DNA of 60,126 bases, taken from an uncultured bacterium. Its GTDB lineage: Bacteria > Zixibacteria > MSB-5A5 > GN15 > PGXB01. The notes beneath the pieces are model-generated. The model made no database searches, had not been told where the DNA came from, and was given only the letters and a program-made list of their open reading frames with translations. The DNA lies in the NCBI GenBank assembly GCA_965602655.1, contig CBFCZE010000001.1, positions 1 through 60,126 of the forward strand. Reading direction: 5' to 3'. This document shows positions 28,749-36,210 of the stretch, one piece after another. Position 1 is the first letter of the stretch, and each line of letters starts with the position of its first letter. The translations under genes were made by a program, and so were the position numbers.

Positions 28749-29276
28749 ATGAATAAAAGGATTTCAAAAGTTTCGATTGTTTTAATTCTTGTCGTTTTTA
28801 TAGTATCTGTTTTTTCGGTCAATTTTGCTCTGGCCGGGAAAATTATGATTCCCAAAGATACCGAAGTCAAAATCAGATTCGACCCCAATATGGTGATTAA
28901 CTCCAGGACCACATCGGAGGGAATCCCGCTTTTGATAAATCTGGCCGAATCGATTGAAATCGGCGGTGTGACTATTGTCGAAAAGGGTGCCGCCGGAACC
29001 GCCACTGTCGTAACAGCCGAAAAAGCCAAAAAAGCCGGCAAACCGGGGCTTATCAAAATTGAGTTTATCGATCTGGAAACTAAAGGCGATTTCAGCCTGG
29101 CCGAAGGCGAGAAAATTAAATTGACCGGAAGCGCCGAAGGAAAAGGTAAGGGTAAAAAACTCTTATCATTAATACTTGGTTTTGGACTCTTTATCAAGGG
29201 CGGTGAGGGTACAATCCCGACCGACCAGTTTTACACCGCCACCGTCGCCGAGAACATCATCCTCGAGAGCGAATAG
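28749..29276 (+). CDS. small secreted hypothetical protein, last gene of the T6SS-linked string
   Basis: 175 aa. Signal peptide VSIVLILVVFIVSVFSVNFALAGK (no lipobox Cys). RBS AAGGAG. Beta-rich, with Lys/Gly-rich patches. Confidence 0.6.
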   Translation: MNKRISKVSIVLILVVFIVSVFSVNFALAGKIMIPKDTEVKIRFDPNMVINSRTTSEGIPLLINLAESIEIGGVTIVEKGAAGTATVVTAEKAKKAGKPGLIKIEFIDLETKGDFSLAEGEKIKLTGSAEGKGKGKKLLSLILGFGLFIKGGEGTIPTDQFYTATVAENIILESE

Positions 29277-29437
29277 AAGAACAGTATAGCCGTCAATTAT
29301 AACTTTGCACTATATAATTGAGTTTCAAAAGTATATTTTCTATTAATGTAATTATCTTTCCCCTGTCACATCTATTATATCGGTCTGTCCAAATAACCGG
29401 GAAAAGAAAGTAATAAATAATTTGGAAAGGATAAAAA

Positions 29438-29917
29438 ATGAAAAAGTTTCTTATTTTAGTCGCGGTGTTAATTTTTGCAGGAGGATGCACCAACATGTGT
29501 AATAAAGCTGATAAGACTGATAGTACGGTTCTATTAGAGGCTGATAGGGCTTTCTCGAAAATGTCCGCCGAGAAAGGGCTATATGAAGCGTTTGACTTCT
29601 ATATGGATGATAATGCCACTATGTATCGTGAGGGACAGAATCCGTTTATCGGTCGCGAAGCAATCCGGCCCATACTCTCAACAAATCCCAATGCCTCATT
29701 GACCTGGGAGCCGACCTCGGCCGAAATTGCCGAATCAGGGGAGTTGGGATATACTCTTGGTAGCTGGGAATATGCCGTTGAAGATTCGTCGGGTAATGTG
29801 AGTAAAAGTTTTGGCTATTATGTTTCCATCTGGAAAAAGAATATAAGCGGTGACTGGAAATGGGTATTCGATAGCGGAATCTCGGGTCCAACCGAGGAGA
29901 AAAAGATCGACGGATAA
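29438..29917 (+). CDS. DUF4440/SnoaL-like (NTF2-fold) lipoprotein
   Basis: Lipobox LIFAGGC. ...DRAFSKMSAEKGLYEAFDFYMDDNATMYREGQNPFIGREAIRP... and YVSIWKKNISGDWKWVFD are typical of the DUF4440 family as I recall it. Confidence 0.6.
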   Translation: MKKFLILVAVLIFAGGCTNMCNKADKTDSTVLLEADRAFSKMSAEKGLYEAFDFYMDDNATMYREGQNPFIGREAIRPILSTNPNASLTWEPTSAEIAESGELGYTLGSWEYAVEDSSGNVSKSFGYYVSIWKKNISGDWKWVFDSGISGPTEEKKIDG

Positions 29918-30178
29918 TATATTAAAAATTCCCTCAGCTTGATCTATGGGTAGCGGTTGCCAAAACTGCGGCCCAATCTTATTTCTGTCAATTTTCTGCT
30001 AATTTTCTGAACAGTGAACAAAACAGGTACAGCCTTTTTGCTTAATAATTGCCTTTTGAAATACTGGAACTTGCCGTAATCAATTGCTATTAAAGAAGAT
30101 CCAATTTTCGCCTCAATTTGGTCCCGGATTTGTTATTAATCCCTCCGCTGTATAGAAAAATTAGAAAGGGAGTTTACT

Positions 30179-31336
30179 ATGATACGTTTTATTATGTATC
30201 AGACGAAAACCAAACGTTTTTCATCGGTAATACTTTTGCTGTCCGTAACATTTCTTGCTTTACCGTTTATTATTGGCGGAAATGCTTACGCCCAGAATGT
30301 TACCTCAACAACGGTAACATTAAACTGGACGGCGCCGGGTGATAACGACAACAGCGGAACCGCCACCGAATATGATATTCGTTATTCGCTGTTTCTTATT
30401 ACCGAAAGTAACTGGACCTCGGCGACACAGGCAACCGGTGAACCGACTCCACAGTCGGCTGGATCATCCGAAACCTTCACCGTCGAAAATCTTGAACCGA
30501 ATACCACCTATTATTTTGCCGTCAAATCGGCCGATGAGGTTCCCAACTGGTCGGATATTTCAAATGTTATCTCACGGGCAACACTTGAGGAAACCACGCC
30601 GCCGTCAGCCATTGCCAATCTGACCCTGAATAACGCCACCTTGAGCAGTATCACTTTGCACTGGACGGCGCCCGGTGATGATGGTACATCAGGGAAGGCA
30701 TCGGAATATGATATAAGATATTCAACGTCGCCAATAGATGCCGGCAACTGGGATGGAGCAACTCAGGTGGCCGATGAGACCGCTCCGAAACAGGCCGGAT
30801 TTGCCGAATCGTTTATCGTTGACGGTTTATCATCCGGGACAACCTATTACTTTGCCATTAAAACCGCCGATGATGTTCCCAACTGGTCGGATATTTCAAA
30901 TGTTCCCAGCCTGGCCACCGAGACCGAGCAAACCCCGCCATCAGCAATTGCCGGCCTGACAGTTGATAATATCACCGGTAATAGTGTCAGGCTTAACTGG
31001 GTCGCTCCCGGTGACGACGGCAACAGCGGTACCGCGGCGCAGTACGATATCCGCTACTCGACCTCACCAATAAGCAACGAAACCGATTGGAGCAACGCCA
31101 CTCAGGTATCCGATGAACCGGTTCCGCTTGTGGCCGGTACGCCTCAGAATTTTACGGTTACAGGTCTTGATGTAGAAACAACTTACTACTTCGCCATTAA
31201 GACCGCCGATGATATCCCCAACTGGTCGGGCATCTCCAATGTGGTCAATACGGCCACTATTGATGATGTTCCGCCGGCGGCCGTAAATGATCTGGCGGCA
31301 GTGATTGAATTACTCTTTATGAGCGATCTGGTCTAA
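30179..31336 (+). CDS. secreted protein with three FN3-like 'W(T/V)APGDDG..G.A..YDIRYS' domains, ending at the start of a fourth
   Basis: Signal peptide (...GGNAYAQN). Three ~102-112-aa units, each with L.WTAPGD.., YDIRYS, TYYFA(I/V)K(T/S)AD(D/E)(V/I)PNWS. RBS AAGGGAG. Confidence 0.8.
   Translation: MIRFIMYQTKTKRFSSVILLLSVTFLALPFIIGGNAYAQNVTSTTVTLNWTAPGDNDNSGTATEYDIRYSLFLITESNWTSATQATGEPTPQSAGSSETFTVENLEPNTTYYFAVKSADEVPNWSDISNVISRATLEETTPPSAIANLTLNNATLSSITLHWTAPGDDGTSGKASEYDIRYSTSPIDAGNWDGATQVADETAPKQAGFAESFIVDGLSSGTTYYFAIKTADDVPNWSDISNVPSLATETEQTPPSAIAGLTVDNITGNSVRLNWVAPGDDGNSGTAAQYDIRYSTSPISNETDWSNATQVSDEPVPLVAGTPQNFTVTGLDVETTYYFAIKTADDIPNWSGISNVVNTATIDDVPPAAVNDLAAVIELLFMSDLV
30293..31270 (+). 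repeat. three tandem in-frame coding repeats (units 30293-30598, 30599-30934, 30935-31270) plus a 22-codon stub of a fourth
   Basis: Unit boundaries were read from the protein (PPSAIANLTL.. / PPSAIAGLTV.. / PPAAVNDLAAV..). Nucleotide similarity is visible between units, e.g. gatgttcccaactggtcggatatttcaaatgtt in units 1 and 2. Confidence 0.7.
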
Positions 31337-31381
31337 CAAAAAGTTATGAAATAACCCTTTTCTTTCTGATCTCTCTCCGTA

Positions 31382-31415
31382 ACAGCCCGTCAAATCCCCC
31401 GGCGGGCTGTTTTTA
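31382..31415 (+). terminator. rho-independent terminator after the FN3 gene
   Basis: ACAGCCCG (31382-31389) ... CGGGCTGT (31403-31410) followed by TTTTT, between convergent genes. Confidence 0.7.
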
Positions 31416-31432
31416 TAGATTTTCAAAAATAA

Positions 31433-32689
31433 CTAAAATAGCGTTGTCGTTCGCGGTTTTTCCTCTGCCCTGAAAAGCCGATTGATTGTATCGATATATT
31501 TTGTGTCCGAGATATCGGCCAAATTATAGTCATAAAGTCTCTTAAATTCTATAGAACCGATAATCATCGATGAAAACTCGGCCACGTTTAAGGTAATATT
31601 AACCTCTGAATCATCCTTTTTTTTCAAAAGTGCTCTGCCCTTATTGAAATGCACGATAAAGCTTTTATTGTTCGATTTCAGGAAATTGTCATTAATATTA
31701 ATTTTTAACCGGCAGGTTTGATTTCCGAAATTATGATTTTTTAATGCGTTAAAAAGTTTCGGAGTATTTATTACCCGATACATAATACCGACTCCCTGGG
31801 TGTTAGTCTCCTGTGATAGAATACCGATTACATGTTCAGTATGATTTCGGGGATCAAACGGAATAAAATGAAAATCATTGTCCTGAGTCGAGTAATTAAT
31901 AAGTTTTACCTGATCGGCCTGTGTCTTCAGAAAAGTTAGTAAAGCCAGAAAAGCCTTACGAGTTTCGTAGAATATCTGATAAATGGTCATTGTATAATTG
32001 AGAAAATTATTTGTATCACCGGTATTGAATGTAAAGATAACATACCCCAAAAGTTTGCCGTTTTTTATGTATCCGGCAATTTTTGTTTCTCCTGAGAACG
32101 CCAGTCTCTTCTCATACTTACCCTTTTGGAACATGCCGTGCGTTTTTCCGGCAATCCGGTTATAGCATTTGAAATATTTGGGCCAGTCCTTTTTTGTTAA
32201 AAAGCGGACATTTTTCTTATCGCCGCCCGAAGGTAAATCGCCCGGCTTGATTGAGTATAAATTATTTTTGGTGTCATAACCGAACCCCATTTTACGATAA
32301 AAATCAGGGCGAAACGGGTACAGCGCGATTATTGGGGCATCTTTTTTGTGATAAAAATCAAGGAAAAATTCCATTATCTCTTTGGCAATTTTTTCTTTTT
32401 TATACATCAGGTCAACGGCCAGCATGCCGCCGCCGCCGCACATAACTTTGGTAGAAAAAAGTGTCATGGTAAAATCAAAAAATCTTATTCCTCCCAGAAT
32501 TTTACGATCTCTATAATATCCATAGTAGCTGACAATGGAATCATCCTTGCCGATATTAATTGTTCTTTTCAGGTAATTTTCTTTGTCTTTTTTGGTTTTG
32601 ATTCCCATTCCGGGATAGGCATTGACCACAATTTCAACAAAATCACGAAAATCCTTTAATGGTAATTTCTTAATCTGACCCACAACCAC
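31433..32689 (-). CDS. Eis-like GNAT N-acetyltransferase (GNAT + SCP2-like C-terminal domain architecture)
   Basis: 418 aa. The opening ...LKDFRDFVEIVVNAYPGMG..., the block MCGGGGMLAVDLMYKKEKIAKEIMEFF (acetyl-CoA binding region) and the ~400-aa size are typical of Eis/COG4552 proteins, from memory. Confidence 0.6.
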   Translation of the reverse strand: MVVGQIKKLPLKDFRDFVEIVVNAYPGMGIKTKKDKENYLKRTINIGKDDSIVSYYGYYRDRKILGGIRFFDFTMTLFSTKVMCGGGGMLAVDLMYKKEKIAKEIMEFFLDFYHKKDAPIIALYPFRPDFYRKMGFGYDTKNNLYSIKPGDLPSGGDKKNVRFLTKKDWPKYFKCYNRIAGKTHGMFQKGKYEKRLAFSGETKIAGYIKNGKLLGYVIFTFNTGDTNNFLNYTMTIYQIFYETRKAFLALLTFLKTQADQVKLINYSTQDNDFHFIPFDPRNHTEHVIGILSQETNTQGVGIMYRVINTPKLFNALKNHNFGNQTCRLKININDNFLKSNNKSFIVHFNKGRALLKKKDDSEVNITLNVAEFSSMIIGSIEFKRLYDYNLADISDTKYIDTINRLFRAEEKPRTTTLF

Positions 32690-32776
32690 TCCTCTATTTT
32701 AGCAGACATAATTCTATTTTGTTGAATACGGATAATAATGGAATAAGTTGCTTTGGTCAATCAAGAAACGCATCCA

Positions 32777-33099
32777 GTGTTGTCGGGCCGCCGAACCCGA
32801 CAACACAAAAATCAATGTCGAAACCGCAGGGGATTTCGACCTACCAAAAATTCCTTGTAAGCTGTTTTGTTTCATGCTATTCCAACGAATTGGGTTTGTT
32901 CCGTCATTTTTTGACTTTTACTATCAACCCAGTGGTAAAATTGTAATTTCCTTACTCCCAATCATTAACATATTAATTAAGATGTGTGGAAGGAAATAAG
33001 TGTAATTTGGTGGGGAATTTGTCTGGATATGTTTAATTTAGATTTAGTAGGGCCAGAGTCCCCGACTCCCGCTCTTTATTTGTCATTTTAATTGGCTAA
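32777..33099 (+). repeat. dispersed intergenic repeat, copy R1 (hairpin 1, hairpin 2 and four conserved boxes)
   Basis: Hairpin 1 GTGTTGTCGGG-ccgccgaa-CCCGACAACAC (32777-32806). Hairpin 2 GTCGAAA-ccgcagggga-TTTCGAC (32817-32840). Boxes aaattccttgtaa (32848-32860), tccaacgaattgggtttgtt (32881-32900), aatttggtggggaatttgt (33005-33023), attggctaa (33091-33099). Confidence 0.6.
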
Positions 33100-33191
33100 C
33101 AAATAAACATAAAAACCAAAACTAAAGTTGATCACATCAATTCCTGCAAATTGGAAAAAAACTCAATTGTCCCGGAAATTGAGAATATTAC

Positions 33192-33219
33192 TTGACAAAA
33201 AAAAGAAATTAATTAAATT
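33192..33219 (+). promoter_or_regulatory. sigma70-like promoter upstream of the TetR gene (TTGACA-N16-TAAATT)
   Basis: TTGACA at 33192-33197 and TAAATT at 33214-33219, ~50 nt upstream of ATG 33269. Confidence 0.35.
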
Positions 33220-33268
33220 GGACTATAAGTTCGATATCCATACTAATGGTTTGATTTTGCCATAGGAG

Positions 33269-33931
33269 ATGATAATGTTACGAATTAAGAGAAAGCAACG
33301 AGAGCGCGACAATCGAATTAATGACATAATTGATGCTGCCGAGCAGTTGTTTTTTTCTAAGGGGTATGAAAAAACAACAATGGATGATATTGTTAAAAAG
33401 GCCGAATTCAGCAAATCCACTCTATACTCATATTTCGAAAGTAAAGAAGAGATATTCCTTTTGGTCCATATGAAAGGCCTGGAAAAGAGAAGATTAATTA
33501 TCTCAGCAATGAAGAAGGAAAAAACCGGTATTGATAAACTTCGCGTGTTTGGGCAGGAATACTATAAATTTTATAAGAAATATCCAGAATATCTACGACT
33601 CCAACTCAATTGGAGTACTAATGGGATTAATCTCGATAAAATTAATCATTCTACTTTTAAAAGATTTAAGCAACTGAATGAAAGTTGTGTAAGTGAGATA
33701 AGGAAATCATTTCAAATGGAACTGCAGAATTCGAAACATCCTTCCGCAGGAGATATTGATAGGTTGGTAAGTTATTTTCTGCAGACTTTGAGAACTGTGT
33801 TGAATCAATCGCTTTTTCCGGTTGATCCTTTAGGTCGCTTCAATGACCATGAATACTATTTGCGATATTTGGATTTGTTTCTGTTATCGGTGAAGGCAAT
33901 AAGTAGCAACGATCATTTGGAGCATGATTAA
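33269..33931 (+). CDS. TetR/AcrR family transcriptional regulator
   Basis: N-terminal HTH RINDIIDAAEQLFFSKGYEKTTMDDIVKKAEFSKSTLYSYFESKEEIF, the canonical TetR_N pattern. Confidence 0.85.
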   Translation: MIMLRIKRKQRERDNRINDIIDAAEQLFFSKGYEKTTMDDIVKKAEFSKSTLYSYFESKEEIFLLVHMKGLEKRRLIISAMKKEKTGIDKLRVFGQEYYKFYKKYPEYLRLQLNWSTNGINLDKINHSTFKRFKQLNESCVSEIRKSFQMELQNSKHPSAGDIDRLVSYFLQTLRTVLNQSLFPVDPLGRFNDHEYYLRYLDLFLLSVKAISSNDHLEHD

Positions 33932-34028
33932 CGAATTAATGATGATATAAACGGAGATGACTTTTTAGGGTTGAGTTTATTTCAGAGGGAAACTGGTAAG
34001 GTTTTTAAATATTAACATACTGTCTATT

Positions 34029-34709
34029 ATGGCAAGGAGATTTCAAATGTACAACTTCGGCATTAATGCCATCCCACCTATCATCGTCGTAGCGAATGGC
34101 TTTAATCGCCTATTTAAGGCATTGGTTGGTATAATTATTATTCCACTGTTATTGCTGGCAGGATTTACGGAGCTTAAGTCAGATTTTGAAAATATTGGGC
34201 CGGCAGACGCGTCCCATTTTGGCTTTACCTCGCAAACGAAAAAGGTCCTGACTGACCTTAACCGTCAATATAATCAGATTCGTTCGCCGGTTCTTAGTGT
34301 CGGGAGGAGGGCGATGTTACTTTATCCGATGATGCCCGATGAACTATTTTTGACGCATTCGGCAGATTCAGTCCGCGGCAAAACCGGCCGTATTGTTTAC
34401 GATTCGACCATTTATATGTCATCCGGTAAGGTCGATAAACCACCGCAGTTAATCTGGATGATTTATCCCGATCTTTCAAAAGGCGATTTGGGAAATGTAT
34501 CGTCGATACGGATAACCTTAAATATTTTGGTCGATCACACCGGTCAGCCGCTTGATGTAACAATTGCCGATGAAACATTATTGAATCGTAGTGCAAAACA
34601 AATCGTCCTTGAGTCGGCAAGGACCTCGGTTTTTAGACCGGCCAGAAAAGACAATCAATCGGTTAAGTGCTGGGTGCAGGTTCCACTGGAGTTGGAGGTG
34701 GGCGAATAG
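34029..34709 (+). CDS. membrane protein with TonB C-terminal-like domain
   Basis: N-terminal TM (ALVGIIIIPLLLLAGF). The C-terminus ...LNILVDHTGQPLDVTIADETLLNRSAKQIVLESARTSVFRPARKDNQSVKCWVQVPLE resembles the TonB_C fold pattern. The start codon is uncertain. Confidence 0.45.
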   Translation: MARRFQMYNFGINAIPPIIVVANGFNRLFKALVGIIIIPLLLLAGFTELKSDFENIGPADASHFGFTSQTKKVLTDLNRQYNQIRSPVLSVGRRAMLLYPMMPDELFLTHSADSVRGKTGRIVYDSTIYMSSGKVDKPPQLIWMIYPDLSKGDLGNVSSIRITLNILVDHTGQPLDVTIADETLLNRSAKQIVLESARTSVFRPARKDNQSVKCWVQVPLELEVGE

Positions 34710-34924
34710 CAATAAGTTAGCCGATTTAATATGTAGTATGCGGCCGAGCCTCACAGCCGCTCTTTCGGGTAATCAGCCTCTAATTACTTTGGAAGTGTAA
34801 ATTATCTTGTGTAAATTTATTTAGTTAAGGAATAGGGTTTACCTCACAATTCATTTTGTTGGAAACACCGACCTGCGAGAATATTTTTACTTGTTCAACA
34901 AATCATTTTTCGTATTTATATCAA

Positions 34925-35386
34925 ATGAGACGTAAAGAATATGAAATCAGTGACCCGAAAATTATCGATGAGATAATATCCCGTTCGACATACTGTCATC
35001 TGGCCCTGTCTGACAAAAATAAACCGTACGTTATCCCGCTTAATTTTGGGCGCAAAGGGAACGCGATTTATTTCCATTCGGCGCATGAGGGGCGCAAAAT
35101 AAATATTATCAAAAAGAACAATAATGTCTGCCTGTTATTCGAGGTTGATCAGGAGATAGTTAATAAGGGCAAAGAGGCATGTAAATGGAGTACCAAGTAT
35201 CGTTCCGTGCTTGGTTTCGGCAAGGCTTTTATTATCGAGGATGATATCGAAAAACGCGAAAGCCTTAAAATCCTGATGAGCCAGTACTATAACGGTGAAA
35301 TTGAGCTGAAAGACAAATCTGTTAATGACTGCCTGATTATCCGAGTCGATATCGACTACTTCACCGGCAAATCATCCGGGTATTAG
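34925..35386 (+). CDS. pyridoxamine 5'-phosphate oxidase-like FMN-binding protein (NimA/Pyridox_ox_2 type)
   Basis: From ATG 34925: MRRKEYEISDPKIIDEIISRSTYCHLALSDKNKPYVIPLNFG...IYFHSAHEGRKI..., the typical family opening. The ORF-track start at 34856 is a TTG with no support. Confidence 0.7.
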   Translation: MRRKEYEISDPKIIDEIISRSTYCHLALSDKNKPYVIPLNFGRKGNAIYFHSAHEGRKINIIKKNNNVCLLFEVDQEIVNKGKEACKWSTKYRSVLGFGKAFIIEDDIEKRESLKILMSQYYNGEIELKDKSVNDCLIIRVDIDYFTGKSSGY

Positions 35387-35408
35387 AGTAAATACCATTA
35401 CCAAAAAC

Positions 35409-35437
35409 TTGACTTCAATTTATACTCTATATATATT
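35409..35437 (+). promoter_or_regulatory. sigma70-like promoter (TTGACT-N17-TATATT) upstream of lipoprotein gene
   Basis: TTGACT at 35409-35414, a 17-nt spacer, TATATT at 35432-35437. Confidence 0.4.
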
Positions 35438-35525
35438 GTTAGTATAAAGGTAAATAGAGCTATTTACACAAAATTCTTTGCACATTTATTTAGTAAATGG
35501 CGTCTAAAATACAAGGAGGATCAAT

Positions 35526-35969
35526 ATGAGATATTTAATGTCTTCAATTATTATAATGATGGTAGTTTTACTTGGTTGTGGAAATAATAAGGTTACAAAT
35601 CCCGATCAAGACCGCTTGATAGGCCAATGGCTATATGAAAGCACTTTATGTTCCTATTATAGTAACAAGCTATTTGATAATGACGTTACCAGCAGAAATA
35701 TAAATTTTATGGATGATGGTAAGGGTACGCTTTACTATTTTTATAATGGTGATGGACACATGAGCGCCGAATTTAATTGGAGCATTGAAAGTGATCAACT
35801 TATTTGTGGATTCCATACTCTTAATAGAGATACAACAGCAATAGAGATATTGACCATGTTTTCTGATGAATATTCTTGTAGATTTTCTGTAACTGATTCA
35901 ACTCTTGAGTTATTTGATAGTGATTTGGCCAGTTCGTGTTTTTCTGTTTGGATACGTGTAGATCAATAG
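35526..35969 (+). CDS. hypothetical lipoprotein
   Basis: Lipobox VVLLGCG. RBS AAGGAGGA. 147 aa, beta-rich. No family recognised. Confidence 0.6.
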   Translation: MRYLMSSIIIMMVVLLGCGNNKVTNPDQDRLIGQWLYESTLCSYYSNKLFDNDVTSRNINFMDDGKGTLYYFYNGDGHMSAEFNWSIESDQLICGFHTLNRDTTAIEILTMFSDEYSCRFSVTDSTLELFDSDLASSCFSVWIRVDQ

Positions 35970-35999
35970 TTTAGGCTCAGCCCAACAGTATCTATATTT

Positions 36000-36135
36000 G
36001 TTGTCGGGTGCGGCGACCCGACAGCACAATCATATAATCACATTGCCAAATTTACTAATCCACAGCAAGCTGTGGGGCCACCGGGATAATTACTATCCGC
36101 CTCAGGGGATGGGGAACGTTTTAGTCATTGGCTAA
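36000..36135 (+). repeat. dispersed intergenic repeat, copy R2 (hairpin 1 variant + attggctaa box)
   Basis: GTTGTCGGG-tgcggcga-CCCGACAGC (36000-36025) has the same stem as R1 hairpin 1 but a different loop. attggctaa lies at 36127-36135. An additional hairpin CCACAGC-aa-GCTGTGG lies at ~36061-36076. Confidence 0.5.
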
Positions 36136-36210
36136 TTCCCTCAAAAATTTTCCGTTTGCATAAATTCGGTTATATCGATATATTGAAAAACTTTATGGAG
36201 GGTTTGGAAT

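Noticed and set aside
29277-30178. Searched the gaps flanking the DUF4440-like gene for terminators or ncRNAs marking the T6SS locus end.
   Set aside because: Only a weak AT-rich inverted repeat (caattata...tataattg, ~29295-29328) was found, without a U-tract. That is not enough to call a feature.
30293-31270. Nucleotide-level tandem repeats (~306-336 nt) considered as a CRISPR, VNTR or regulatory array.
   Set aside because: The units are far too long and are in-frame coding repeats of an FN3-like domain within one ORF. There is no spacer/repeat architecture. No CRISPR array was found anywhere in the window.
32719-32999. ORFs 32719-32946 and 32748-32999 (75 and 83 aa) and ORF 59849-60040 in long intergenic regions.
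   Set aside because: They overlap the hairpins and repeat boxes, have no RBS, and start with non-ATG codons or have odd composition. They are better explained as non-coding repeat sequence.
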